DNA of 63,753 nucleotides, counting the filler. It is 8 parts of 8 records of this genome, joined end to end, with 100 filler letters (N's around TTAATTAATTAA, not from the genome) between each part and the next. Parts side by side here need not be neighbours in the genome. Positions count along the whole stretch, not along the records: positions 33,128 to 40,932 come from SRR7504441_763; positions 41,033 to 59,825 come from SRR7504441_765; 6 more parts are not named here. One strand, given 5' to 3'. The notes under the pieces were generated by a model, which saw nothing but the letters and a program-made list of their open reading frames with translations, was not told the DNA's origin and did not search any database. Below are positions 33,128 through 47,100 of the stretch, piece after piece (position 1 is the stretch's first letter; the number at the start of each line of letters is the position of its first letter). A program made the position numbers and the translations under genes.

Positions 33128-33439
33128 GGTGGCGCGCCGACCGGTGAGGAACCAACCAAGCCACAGCTCGTACAGCAGCAACAGCAGGAGCAGCGCCCCC
33201 CAGTCCCGCGCCCTCAGCTCACGCCGCAACATCCCGGCCAGCCTTCCCGACGCCTTCATCAATCCGAGCGCTTTCTGGAATCCGTCCACAAAGTGAAGGG
33301 ACATCCGTTGCTGACGAGGGTGACGGCCGCCGACGAAGTACCACCATGGTACAAAGTGACCTTCGGGAACAATCGTTTCGTGCTCAATCCGAAGAAATCC
33401 GACCGGACTACGGCGGTCAGCGGTATTGACAATCATTAG
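33128..33439 (+). CDS. 3' end of an unknown gene
   Basis: Open frame from the contig edge (GGAPTGEEPTKPQLVQQQQQ…PPWYKVTFGNNRFVLNP…) to TAG 33437-33439, followed by an AT-rich tail. Confidence 0.45.
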   Translation, partial: GGAPTGEEPTKPQLVQQQQQEQRPPVPRPQLTPQHPGQPSRRLHQSERFLESVHKVKGHPLLTRVTAADEVPPWYKVTFGNNRFVLNPKKSDRTTAVSGIDNH

Positions 33440-33524
33440 AATAACTGATCAACTATTGTACATAGACTCTACACGACGTCGACAATGATTTTGTAAACTG
33501 CATCGAAGCACCCGAAGCACCTTT

Positions 33525-36500
33525 TTAATCGATAGAAGGGCCACGTTTCAAAGTGTGGTTACCAGCACCATCTGCTGAATCCTCAAATGCAGTGTACTCA
33601 TACGACATCTCTAAAAGAGGGCCCGAGACGGTACCACTTGGTTGCTCCTCCGACTTTGCTAGCTCAAAACTCTCGCGTATCTTTTCAGTGAAGGATTCGA
33701 CTTTCTGCCAGCTATTTCGTAGTTGCTTGATTGCCGGCTTAAGCCCCCTACTCGTCAATAATACGACCCATGACAAATTCAGTACTATAAAAACGACTGT
33801 TGCCACATGCTGCCCTGACTCATGTCCTGTTGGATTTGAGCTTTCAGTCCAGGCCACATACACGGCTAGCAGTAGACTTGAGAGCGACAATGACTGAGTC
33901 AGAACCTCCATCGTGTGCATGCTAATACGCCGCGCCGATGTCTTTTCTGCATATGGTCTACAGTGCATCTGAAGCATTACCGAGAACAGCATCAAAAACA
34001 GCATCAATATAGTCCTTCCAGCCAGGTTTAGGGTGGGTGGTGTGAGCATTACTATTGTCAACAGCCCACATTTTCTCGAGAAGACCCACAACTCCCAGTA
34101 GTAGTATTCTGGTTTGTAGCCCAAAAAGAGAAAACCTGCGCTCCAGTCAGCTCCAGGATCTACTCTGTCGTCATAAAAATTCAACACAGGCAAGGCAAGA
34201 AGCTACCATATTTCACTCGCAACTCTCTGTGTACTGCTTCGTCTCCACAGCCCATGGCTTCAGTTACAGCGTGCCGCTGGGATACTAAGCAGAACCCTAA
34301 ACGCCATGCAACCGCACTGACCATCACTAGCAGCCCCACTGCAGCTGAGACGAAGACACGAGTGTCATGCCAACAGGACTCTCCCGGATTATAGACCATC
34401 ATGGAACCAACAACGCCATCGTAGCACGGAAACGCCATAAGTAAAGTGCCGATTGCAAACGGAGCATAGGTGTAGAGTGATAGCACTGCTAGAGTCGACA
34501 GTGTAGTACGGAATCCACCTGCAAGAGAGTGTCACATAACCTCATGTTAAGACAATATTGGCATCAAGTGTGGGGCTAAGGTTGAATACCGAAAGGCGAG
34601 CGTCTGCAACCACACATCAGTATGCACGCCAGCACAATGATGGTTGCCAGCGCGTACGGCAGAATCAAGCCAAAATAAAACTGAGTTTGGAAACCTGATC
34701 CGTAGAGACATCCCATATCAAGATCTGTAATTGAGCCCGATGCGGAACTAGATAGGTGCAGTGCTCTCCTGACTGCTCCCTCCCAAGCCCAGTCCACGTG
34801 TATCACTGTGCTGAGAATTGTTGTGTGCGCCTGACCAGTCACAGGGTCAATTCTACTGGCGCCAAACTGAGACAGCTTACCATGGCCATCTTGAGCAAGC
34901 TCGACAGCTCTGACCTGTTAGCTTGCGCAAGCTCAGCACGGCCTGTTGCAGAGTATGCAGCCAATAACAAGATCCCTAGGTTTTTCACGATGGCAAAGGT
35001 GACACTGAGTGCTGCATTTGGGCACGTATTGCAGGTTAGGGGGTCTGTTGCTGGTGAGTACCACCGACCGCTGCAGAGTGCGCACATTGTGCCTAAATAC
35101 CCTTCCTTGCACTGGTCATCGTCAACTGAACCGCCACCACACGCATCGCTGTTTGGACATTTCGAGACCTGCAATGTTTGGCCATTTCGTCTTGAACCTT
35201 GCTCATCGGCGAAACCCACAAAGTACCCTGGTTGTGCTTTAACATCGCTTCCTGCACAGCAAATGTGCTCAGTAAATTATAGGACCATCATCTACCGCCG
35301 GAGCAGATAACACGCGTTGTGTCTGAGCTTGGGCATGGTTTGCAATCAGAAACTGCAGCTCCGTGGGCCATTACGCCGACGTCTAAATTGTAGTGTCCCT
35401 CAGGACAGCGAACACAACTGTATTCTGTGGCTTTGGGTGCCACAGTCGTAGAGATGCTCATGCCTCGTGGACATGTCAGGACAAAGTCTGAGTTTGAGCT
35501 AAATGCTGCTTTGAGGGCCAGGGTTTGATTTGGCAGGCTGAACCGAGTATTTCGGGCGTGTGCTGACCCGAGCGAAGCGGCTCCAAAGATTAGGGCTGAG
35601 TTTCCGGCAAAGGAACAGTTTAGCAAGTCCACATGTGAATCGCACTGTAGCGCTCCCGCTAGGGTCGGGCTTGAATTGTTTGTAAATGTCACATTATCAA
35701 ATGTTGTGTTACTGCCTGTGATGGCAAGCCCGCCTGCAAGACACTCTCGAGTGGCACACCTTAGATTGTTGGATGTGAAAGTTGTGTCAACAAATTCCAC
35801 TGCTGGTGCTCGAGCCTGGGACAGCGCAATCCGCACGCCACCAGCTGCTCCGATGCCTTCTACAAAATCTACTTCTGAGCTGCCGCCAGTATTTGCTTCA
35901 AAGTCACACCCTTGAAGCGTTGCCTTAAATCTAGTGGTGACTCCTGCACCTCCAGTAGATAATGCCAGAGCACCCGCACCTTGTGTCCAGTCTCCACCGG
36001 TACAGCGAGCCAATTTCATGCTGCGGAAATGATGACTATTATTATCGTTTGTGTACTCTGTATAGTAACCGATTGATGCTCCCCCTGATCCCAGCCCTGT
36101 TATGTTATGTCCTCCATAGCAGTCCATCAGAGTGCCATTGGTAAAGATGTGATCATTGTTACTGTTGCTGCCCTGACCTTTGGCGATAAAGCTGATGGCT
36201 ATCCCCCCTGCACCATCGTGTCGAGATTCGAATGTGGTTTTGGCGCCCTGAGATCGAGCGTCACTGCCACCATTACACCCAGCTACGTGAACATCATTGA
36301 ACCTGTGCTTGTTGAACTCGTTATTTTGTGCAGCTCCATAATAGCTAAGTGCAATCCCACCCGCTCCGACCCCACCTATAGCAGTACTTCCTACTCCACC
36401 CCTGCAGTTGCTCACAGTGACATCATCAAAGCTCTGTGTATTATTAAAATTGCCGCTGCTAGTCGAGCTGCTATAGTAGCTGATCGAGATACCACCTGCT

Positions 36501-38499
36501 CCGCTGCCAGCTTTGCCCATCGCGCCATTGCCACCAGTGCAGTCTGCCACCCTCATATGTTTGAATCTGTTTTCATGGCCTTGATTGCTGCCACTGGATG
36601 AGCTAATTGCAATGCCGCCAGCCCCCCCATACAAACCACCATCGCACTTGGCAATGGTGACATTCTCGAAGCTCTGACTGTTGGCAGTGTGGCTTACACC
36701 AAATCCACCAGTGCCTGTATTGAATGCTACTGAGATTCCACCCGCCCCAGTGGCCTTCTGCACAGCATTCCCACCTTTGCACTCTGTGACCCTCATGTTA
36801 GTGAACTGATGCTCATTCCAAGCACTGGCCCCAGGATACGAGACCGCAATCCCACCAGCACCCCCGTAGTCAGCATCATTACCGCCGGTACAGTTCAAGA
36901 CTGTGCTCGAATCGAAACTGATCTTGTTATTTGAAAATGGTATAGTGCCCCCATAAGGCTTGAAGGTGATTGAGACGGCGCCGGCCCCTGCACCGCCAGC
37001 GCAGGAACCTTGCGAGTCTGTGGACCCTGTGCAGCTACCTCCAATAGAAGTGTAACCACCGCCAATGCAGCCCATGGCGTGCAGATTTTTAAACTCGTGG
37101 TTGTTGCTATTGCTGCCACCGTCAGAGTTGTAGACAATAGCAACAGCACCGGCCCCACCAGCTCTATTGCTACCTCCAGCGCAGTTGATGGCCGTCAAGT
37201 TCAGAAATGTATGAGAGTTGGAAGCACTACCCGAACCAGCACCGCTATGATAGTTGATCGCGATCCCACCCGCACCAACAGCTTTTGTATTCAGATTATT
37301 GCCACCTCTGCAACCCTCAAGAGTCACAAATTTGAAGATGTGGTGGTTGTGGTTGTTGTGCGCCGGCAGCTGTGTCATCCCAGCGTCAATGTTCTTATAG
37401 CTAATGCTAATACCCCCCGCCCCACCATCCATTGACGCGCGGCTGCCGCCGCTGCAATTGATCACTCGTAGACGTGTGAATTCGTGAAGATTCCAGTTGT
37501 TGTGCTGCATACAAATTGTAACGAACACAACAAATATAATGGCAAATGAATAAAAATAATGACCTGTGCCTCGCCTTCTAAAACCCCACTCTCGTAGCTG
37601 ATGGCTATCCCGCCCGAACCTCCGCCATAAGGGTTGCTGTCACCACCACTGCAGTTGCTGATACTTACATCACTAAATTCATGTGTATTCGACCAGGAGC
37701 TCTTGGCATAATAGCTAATTGAAATCCCTCCTGCCCCACCCCCGGTGGTAGTGCTGCTGCCTCCAGTACAATCGACCACAGACACGTTCGTGAAGCTGTG
37801 CTTCTGACCGTCGATGGCCGTGTTGCCAGCGTGACTGATGGAGATCCCTCCAGCTCCGCCGCTGAGCGCACCTCGGTTCCCATGGCAGTCGGAGATAACC
37901 AAATCTTTAAACGACACATCACGCCAAGAGCCAGATGAATGCACTGCAATCGCTCCTGCTCCCGAGCCGGTACAATTATGGAAGCTGGCACGGCTGACGG
38001 TGAGAGACTTGACCCCCGAGGCCCAGATCGCACCGGCGCCTACCCCTCCGGTGCACAGCCCGAGGCCACCTGGACACCCCTGTGCGCCATCAACGCCGTA
38101 CTGTGCCGTCCAGCTGCTGTACGCGACCATGTTGGCGAATTGCAGGCCCTGGATGCGCACACTGACTAAAACACCGGACGGCGGGCTCGTGATTTTGATC
38201 CCCCCGCCGCTGCCGCCGCAGTCTATCCGCGCTCCTGGCTGTCCGCTGAGGGTGAGTGCTTTGTCTACTGTGGCCAGAAACCCACCCGCCGGGCAGCCGC
38301 CGAAGGTGCCTGTCACACAGACTGTGCTGTGCTCAGCAGCTGCGTCGATGCCTTCCTGCAAGCTGCCACACGGCGTCGAAGGGGCACTGCCGCAGGACGC
38401 CGCTGCCACACGACTGGCACTGGTGCTGTTCACCCACAGGTCGCAGCCCTCGGTGGCTGCCAGCAGCAGGGTGAGAACGGTCACCGCCTTCGAGGCCAT
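33525..38499 (-). CDS. Surface protein: signal peptide, parallel beta-helix repeats, Cys-rich stalk, multi-TM C-terminal domain
   Basis: MASKAVTVLTLLLAATEG signal peptide; CGSAPSTPCGSLQEGID cap; more than ten GAGGI(S/A)(I/V)xY…HxFxx(V/M)xVxxCxGG repeats; CKEGYLGTMCALC; KYGFLFLGYKPEYYYWE and PY motifs typical of protist TM tails. Five introns. Confidence 0.8.
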
Positions 38500-38602
38500 C
38501 AGGAGCTCCGAATCGAGCGGCCACCGCCTTTGCGAAAGGCTCTCCGAAACGAGATGAGAAAGTTCCGTTACGCATCGAGGAGCCCCCCGGAAGTGTGAGG
38601 CG

Positions 38603-40850
38603 ATGGGCGGCGGGCTGGGGTGGCCGGGGGTGCTGGTGCTGGTGCTGCGGGCGGGGGCGCAGGCGCCGGCGGGGTACCACGCGGCCTGGATGGCGCGGGA
38701 CTACGCCCGGGCCGCCCGGCTGGCAACGGACGACCCGTTGCTGCTGGGGAACGCACTGCTGCAGCTCGGCCAGGCCGAACGCGCTGTCCGGGCCTTCGAG
38801 CGTGCCTGCGCCACCCAACCGCAGGCAGCAGCCCGCCCCGTGCGCGCACTGACGGGCGGGGACAGCGGGCAGCGGGGTATAGCAATCTTGCTGTGGCGCT
38901 GTCGCGGGGTCGACGGTGGAGCGAGGCCGCCACCGTCATGCAGACCGCCCGGCTGCTGGACCCTTCAGCAGCCGCCCCGCGGACCAACCTAGGAGTCATG
39001 CTCACCCGACGTGGCGCCTACCAGCCGGCCAAAGCCCAGCTCGCTGCTGCGGCCGAACTGGCGCCTTCCGACCCGATTGTAGCCTACAACAGCGCCCTCG
39101 TGCGGCATTACAGTGGAGACTCGCGGGAGGCCGAGCGGATGCTGGAGCGGATGACCGAGGGAGGCGAGTGGCCGGTGTTGGTGCCGGCTCTGCTCGGTCG
39201 GGCCTCGCTGGCGTATGTGCGAGGTGAGAGCTCACTGGCAGAGCGACTGTTGCATAGGGCGATTGATCTACAGCCGACCAGCGCTGTCGGTCACGCGCAC
39301 TTGGCGCACATGTTGACACCAGTCCCGGGGCTCCTGCTCAACCGGCAGCCTGCCTGGGTCCATGCGTCGCAGGCGCTTAAGCTGCAGCCGGGGCTCCCGG
39401 TGGCACTCCTGGTCCGAGGCCACCTGCTAGGGGACGCGCGCCTGCTGGACAAAGGCACCCAGCAGCCCCAGGCCGAGCCCATCGCCTTGTGTCAGCTGCG
39501 GCACACTTCCGGGCCGCCCGTCGGGCCGAACCTGCCAGCACCGAAGCGATGCTGGGGCAGGTTACTGCAGGCTGGGGTGTGGGAGAGTGATCGGCCAGGC
39601 ATACTATGAGAGTCTTAACTGCGAGTGGAGTGGCCACAGGGCCCACCGACAGCAGCTACGACAGCTGCTCGTCCAACCCGAAATGCCACCAGACACGGTG
39701 CTCGCACAGTTGGTGCTTATGCAGCAAGGAGGGTGGCAGGTGCTTCCAGTCTCCACTGTGTGGCTTGCTGCCTCGCTGCAGCTCGGAGGCCAGATGGTGT
39801 TGGCAGCCGCCCGAGCGCTATCCCGGCAAGCCAAAGAGCCGTGCCGCGGGAGGGCAGCCTGGAAGGGGAAGCCCGATCGGCTGGTAGTGGGCTATATGAG
39901 CAGTGATCTGGGCAGTGGGCATCCAGTGCTCAAGGTGCTATCATCGGCCTGGAGAGCGCACAAACAGTCAGTTCGGGTTGTAATGTACTCCACTCGGAGG
40001 CACCAGCAGTCGTACGGCTGCCCGCCTGGCCAGCTATGTCGGGATGTGGTCGATTTGCCTGTGGCAGAGCTAGCCGAGCAGGTCAAAACTGATCAGATTC
40101 AGCTGCTCGTGGATCTCAACGGCAACACGCTTGGGCACCGGCGAGCGGTGCTCAGCCAGCGTGCGGCGCCTGTACAACTCACGCTGATCGGGGATAACAA
40201 GAGCATGGGCGACAAGTGCGGATGGGATTACATTGTCGCCGACCGCATTGTGGCGCCCCCGAGCGCTGCCAGGCTGTACGCTGAGCGGCTGTTGCTGCTC
40301 CCACACGCTTACCATGCGAGCGCCGGTCGAGGTCGCGCAGTGCTGAGCCAGCCAGCTGGGCCCAAGCTAGTAATGGAATCATTCAACCGCGCAGAGAAGC
40401 TTTGTCCGTCGGGGCTTGCCATATGGGCCAATCTTGTCCGGCGGTCAGCGGGCCAGCTGCGGTTGTTGGCAGACCCACCGTCGGCTGTCCAACCGCTGCG
40501 GAGTGAGCTAGAAGGACTGGGGGTAGAGCGAGCAGAGTTGAGCCCCAGGGGCAGTAAGGATGCGTATCTTGCCAGGATTGGGTCGGCCGACATGGCGCTC
40601 GACTCTACGGTGGCCAATGGCGAGTCTACGAGCTTGGATCTGCTTGGGATGGCGGCAATGCCCTCGGTGACCCTAGCCGGCGAGCTGATGATGGATCGGT
40701 TCGGGGTGATGGCTGCGAATCTCTTGCTTGCACCAGAGATGGTATATATTGGTCTGTAGCAGCCGCACTCACTGTGGTGTGGTACAGGTGGTGGACACTC
40801 GCAAGGAGTACGAGGACTTAGCTTTCCGATGGACCACGGAGGTGACGTAA
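38603..40850 (+). CDS. TPR + GT41 glycosyltransferase (OGT/SPINDLY-like), multi-exon
   Basis: TPR repeats, then NCEW, VGYMSSDLGSGHPV, IQLLVDLNGNTLG, RAAPVQL, DYIVADRIVAPP…YAERLLLLPHAY, SFNRAEKL, ADMALDS…NGESTSLD. Confidence 0.85.
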
Positions 40851-40932
40851 AAGTCCAACCGATCTACGAGTAGTACTAGCTATTTATTTCTTTGGCTTTA
40901 TCTTAGCTTATTGGCATTGGTTTGGCTAGCAT

Positions 40933-41032
40933 NNNNNNNNNNNNNNNNNNNNNNNNNNNNNNNNNNNNNNNNNNNNTTAATTAATTAANNNNNNNNNNNN
41001 NNNNNNNNNNNNNNNNNNNNNNNNNNNNNNNN
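40933..41032. other. Artificial contig linker
   Basis: 44 N + TTAATTAATTAA + 44 N. Confidence 0.98.
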
Positions 41033-41191
41033 TAGAATACAGATCGACGCGCCTCCACCGGAGGCTATTATCATTATATCAAAGTGAATGTTTAGTAAGT
41101 TATGAGTAGCTACGAGTAGCTATATATGTACACTGAGCTATGAGGTCACAATCATTCATGCCTTCGACGATTAGCGTTAATTGAATTACTG

Positions 41192-44100
41192 TTAGAGCTT
41201 CTTCATCGGGATCCCAACGTTCAAAGGGTTGTCATGCCGCTCTAGTGAGTCCATGGCTAGATCTAGATCCACAACGTCTGCCTTGGGCTCCACCAAGTCC
41301 GAGTACAGGTCCTCCTCATTCTGCTCGTCGCTATCAAATTCCGACCCCTCCCGTGCTTCATTCGTCTGTATGTCGGCCCACTGGATCGGTTCCGCATGGC
41401 TCACCTGGCCGTAGTCGTGCTCGCTCTGCTTCATCTGCGTTATCAGTGCGGCAGCCAATGCCATCAGCAGCATCGACACCCCGATCGCCAGCATGATCCA
41501 CTCGCCGACACTCACCGGGATTTCAGTCAGCTCTATCTCGGGAATGTACCCACACAGATACCTGCGCCATTGTGAGGGCTGGATCAAGGCTGCTGATCAC
41601 CCTATGGTGCTGCCGGTGCAGTCGCAGCTCGCCACTGTGATGTTTGCTGTATATGGAACCGAAAGCTGGTCGCAAACTCCATTACCATAGCAACCATGTG
41701 GACACCTGTACAACTGATCAGTTCCCTGGCGATTCGGATCTCACGATGCTGTGGTGATCAGGTCACAGGCCTCTGACTCGTAGCCCTCGTGGCACTCGCA
41801 CTGCCCGCCGTTGCATCGCCCGTGCCCGAAGCAGTTGCTGCTCTCGCACTCCGAGATTTGGCAGCTCGAGCCAGCCCAATCTTCGAAGCAGTCGCACCGG
41901 CCACGACACCTGGACACGGCAGCTCAGGCTCGCCCTCAGATTGGCGCACCCAGTGCAACTCCCATGAGCTACAGGCCCAATGGCAGGAGCAGGCATCGGA
42001 TGCGAGCAGTTGCTTGGGCACTGCGGCTGGACTAAGCCGACTTGGAGATAGAAGCTTGAGTATGGCTGGCAGGTCGCCTGAACTTCTGGTCAGACGGCAC
42101 AGCTGATCAAAAGTACCTTGCGGTTTGTAGCAATGCGGCTGAGGGCATAGTATGGAGTGTACTGTATGCATGGTGTGGTCACGCCAATATAGAGCGGCCC
42201 CGCCGTGAATCCTGGCTGAGTGCACAGTTTCATTGTCTGTTCACCAGCTGCGTTGCTCCCACCTAGTAACCGTTCGGTTTTGAATATAGGAACATGAGAT
42301 GTCTGCAAATCGAGCGCAGTCTTGGGATGGTATGCATGTTGCGTGACCATGAACGCAGCTGCTGAGGCACCAGCCATTTGCGTGACTGTCTCGATGCTCA
42401 GCCCAGCTTCAAGGTCATTCAAGCAGGTGGGCACCCAGACCATCTCGCCCTGGAGCACCGTGTCTGTCAGCATGAATGGGATGCTGTGCTGTGCGTGCTC
42501 CACTCTCTCGAGATCCAGCTGCCACCGAGCGCACCCAGCCGATGCAGTGCAGCATACTCGCACCACCAGCGAGTCAGCCTCATCCTGCCCAACTACGCCA
42601 GGTGGCAGCCAGAGTGTAGATGTGGACTCGGAGCTCTGATTGAAGCACTTGATGCTGTCCCAGGGCATGTTGCTGAAGGTGCCCGGAGTGCTGTCCCAAT
42701 GGTAGAACGAGTGCGCCGAGCTGCTTACTGAGATCGACTCAGGCGGCTGCACCGTTAAGCTCCTCTCGGTCCAGCGCCTGCCTGAGCCAGCCCGAGCATC
42801 TGGATCGGCGAGCATTGGGGGCGCTGCTGAGAGCTGCAATGCTAGGCCTTCGCATGGGCCGGGCGGCTGAATCGAATACTCGACACACTGATTCTCCACC
42901 ATGCTCTCGTTCGCTGGCCTCTCAAAGCGCTGGCAGTCATTTGTCCGGCGAGATTGGCTGGAAACACTGCTAACCATGTTGTCTTGGGCCTGTTTGGCCC
43001 GTCTGTCAGCTGCAATAGGATTGGTTGCTATCGTGATATTATACCAAGATGTTTCATACGTAGTCCCAGCATGGCGCACGTTGATATAAAGCATGCCAGC
43101 TTCGTAAGCATCTGTACGTAACGTCCGGAGTGTGGACGTGGCTGCAGTGGTGATATTATCCGGAGATGCGAACCAAAGTAGCGGCAGCCAACTGCTCACG
43201 CTCAAAGCCAACCGACCGGGCTGGCTGTAGCATAGGCTCACCCAGTCACTCTCGACACCATGCTCAAGTAGCCTTGACGCTGACCAGCGCACTGGGGTCT
43301 CCAGTGATCTCTTTGTGATATCAATAGTATACTGCGCTGGGCAGGCAGCCATGGTGCTGCACTTGACAGCAATATAGTATCGGCCGAGCTTGGTCCCCGG
43401 GCTGGATGGACGAAGAATTAGCTTGTCGCTGCCAACTCTCCACGAGTGCCAGGTGTAAGATTCCGCTGACACCCTGCGATCAACATTCGAGATGTACAAG
43501 TCCGGATCTCCCTTGTGTGCCGTAACAGTTATCTCAAGCTCAGTGCATGGATCTGACGTCTCAGTCGCATACAGCACCTGCTGGCCGTTGCCAACCACTC
43601 CACCTAGCGGCCTGGCCTCTGTGTTGAGAGCAATGGTGCACATGCCAAGGAAGCGCTGTTCATCAGCACCTCCCGATACGTCAGACACGTGCGAGCTGTT
43701 TGGGGGTGCATTGTTGACCAAATTGGCGGTGAGTAGCTCAGAGTATGCGATCGTTCGACTGTTGTCTAGATCAAACTGCCGGAACGTCGCGTCAATCTGC
43801 TGCTGGTCTTGTGCCCCGTAGATTGCCAGAGTGCTCCTGAAGACTTCGATTGTAATAGAGCATTTGATGCCAGCAACGAAAGCCTCGAGTTCAGTGTCAT
43901 TTGCCGTGTTGCCATCTGGTGCGCAGTGGGCCAGCAGCTCGTTGTGTAACCCTAGCCGATAGAAGAGCCTGATTGATTCGGTAGGAGGCATGGCATACAG
44001 GTGAAACGGGACTGTGAGCGTTTGGCAGTCAAGCAGCTGACAGTCAACAAACACACCAATCCAAATGGTACCTGCCTTGAACCCTGGACTTCCTGCACAC

Positions 44101-47100
44101 ACACACGCTCATTCGACGTACACTGTGCGGCCCACCTGGACACAGTTTTAGCATGTTGCTGCTATTTGAAGTGTAGACAGTGTCATCGTTTCCCCAAGTG
44201 GTTGGCCCGGTCCGGTTGAACGTCTGGTCTAGCGAGCTCCACACTGGTACTTCCCACTGTGTGCGCTGGGATGGGAGTTGCTCCCACGCCATTGGTGGTA
44301 CTGCTGCATGCTGCTGCGTCCTCTGTGGCTCGTACGGACTGACTACAAACGACGCACGGACTCCTGCAGCACTTAGGCTGTCAGATACTAGTGTCTCGAT
44401 CTGAAGGCCCCTGGATGGCTCCGATATGCACCTGGGCCCCAACATAGGTAAGAGGGCACGCTGCTGGAATAGTCACATTTTAAACCAGTTGATCTTGGTC
44501 CCAGATACCGAGCTTGTCAGGTTGAGAACCTGGGGAAGAGGCTTGGTGCTCTTGATTGACCAACTCGAGATGGCTGGACAGTCGAGACAACGAACAGCCA
44601 CAAACCACAGACCGGGCCGGAAGTGCTTGTCTGTATGCTTTATGTGCACCTTTGAGTAAACAGGAGTCAGTCCGGTAACGCTGGGAAAGCACCTCAACAG
44701 TGTGCGGCTGAGCAGCAAAAAGCCCATCAGCACTAGTGCTTGACCAGGTCCAGTTAGTCTCCGTCGGTAGAACATCAGGTGTGTTGGATACAAGCATCCT
44801 GATCCGTCCCTGGGTGACATTGACAGTAAAGGTGAGGTCGGCGCACGGGTCCAAATTTTCGTGCTGAAAGTAAAACCACGGATCGGGGTCTTGGGGGGCG
44901 GGCTTTTGCAGTATGGCTGGAGCAGAATTAAAAAATGTCGGATGATTGCCTTCTTCGACTTGCGGAAGCGACTGACACATCGGACCAGGCCCGCAATAGT
45001 AGCGTCCACCTGCCAATTCCAGACCGAGCAACTCAGTTCAAAGCCGGTTAGGCCGCGTGGCACCGCAGGTTGTTCCACGGAGGCAAAACGCGAGCCTCGG
45101 GATGTCGGCCATGACACATTTGGGATAGGTCCGGTCATAATCGGGGTGGTCAGATGGCATCACCACATAAGAATCTATGAGCACATCGTTCGAACCAATG
45201 CAGCGGCACCGGCGGAACTCGCCAGTCAAGCTGGCATAAACGTCCTGCTCCGAGTTTGCAGGGCATGGCAGGACACGTGGAACGGTCAGGACGGTATCGA
45301 AGGTTTGGAAGCCCGCTTGTGCGGCTGCTGCCCGGACTGAAACAGACTCGGTGCGAATAGAGACGTTGAATTGCCCCCCCCTGGTGTCAGGTGCGGTGTA
45401 CTCCACGCCGTTGTGGTAGATGGACTGCTGAGTAGATATTCCCATGTAATAAAGTCCAAAGTCAAATCCAGCCATCAGATGGTCCAATGCAAAGTACTTG
45501 CCATTGAATGGCACCCAGCAGCTTCCAGTGACACACGTGACTTCTTCGAGATGTGAGAACCCCTCGGGGCCAGAGCGGAGTGTAGGGCCTGGGTACCTGA
45601 CACCAGCGCATGTGAGAGCCTCCTAAGTGGCCGTGTACCTCTCCAGGTTCGAATTCGGTAAATTGAAGGAGCTGAGCGCAAAGTTGTTAGCCGCAGGCTC
45701 GAGATTGGCGAGTGATACACGCAGTGCAGTTTGCTCGTCGCCAATACAAACACTAGGCAGTCGGCGCAGCTGTGCAGAAGTGACCGTGTATGTAATCTGG
45801 TTTACATTTTGCGAGTGCAGCGTGGTTCGGGTCCTGAGCGTGAATAAAGCAGGGCACTGCTCTGCCAGCTCGCAGTAAACAGTGATGTATTGCCTGCCAG
45901 ACTTATGGCTGGCCATCGCTGGATGAGTCGAAGTAAACGCAGTCCGTCGTAAGGCGAATCCAGAAGCAGTAGGATCACAGTCATCAGCCGAGAGGTAGAT
46001 TGATGGTTGTCCTTCATGTCGGATCAATTCGATGTCCACGCCTGGAATTCTGCTATGAGAACAAGGTCGGGCCAAGCAGGGCTACCATCGCATACAGTGG
46101 AGAGCCCAAGGGATAGTTTTACCACCTCCCCAGCTCTGACCAACGCGCTCTGTACTGAGATCTCAGTAGGCAGCAACCAATCTACATGACCTGGGTCGAA
46201 TTATCGACAAGCGATGCTTGACAATCGTGCTCGAATGGTGTCGTGTACAAGTTAAAGCTAGTCGAGTTGTCGCATCTGTTCTTATCTAATCCAGTGTAAG
46301 TAAATGAGTGAGGCTGCGGGTCGTATGAAAAGAAAGGTTCGTTCGGCATGCAGTAGGAGAACACTCCGATCAGGTATATCCCACGGCTAACCCCTGCTGT
46401 GCCAGCGCAGAGCACAAGGGAGTCTGCCTTCCGGGTCAAGTGGGTACAGCCATTGAATTCATCGTATGTGTAGCAGTAGTCCTGGTTTGTTGGATACCTA
46501 CCCACAATCAAGCAGCGAGATTGCATGCAGGAGGATACCAGAAATGCGGACTAGTCCAGGCTGGGGTCTCTAAGTCATTGATACTGAACTGGAGCGCTCG
46601 TGCATCGCGTGTGACTACAAAGTGCGGTTGCACGTGGCTATCTCCAACAACTGTGATGTTCAAACCATGGTAAGCATCCTCGATACAAACCTGCCAACAG
46701 AAATTCGATTGAATCAGCATGCAGTCCTGGATTGAACAGCCACCTGGTGCCATGAGACAGCTTGGGGCACGGTCTTTTCACCAAGGACCATCAGCTGCGA
46801 TGGCCACTTGTCTGCGCGGGCCGATATTCTGCATGCAGCTCTTGAACCAGCACGCGGTGCCAGCCAGATGTACAGGATGCCCTCATCGTATTGCTCATGC
46901 AGCGGACCGACCTGGATTTGTTTGCTCTGCTTGAGTGAGCTGTCTCTCCACTGGAAGGAGCCTGACTGGAATTTTGGATTGGCATCGAAAGCCGCATGGA
47001 TAGCAAAGTTTTCTGAATCGCAGCCGGCTGCAATTGTCACGTTGGTGCATGTGTCAGTAACGTTGAACCTGAAGACTTGGTCGACGTAACCAATTATGCA

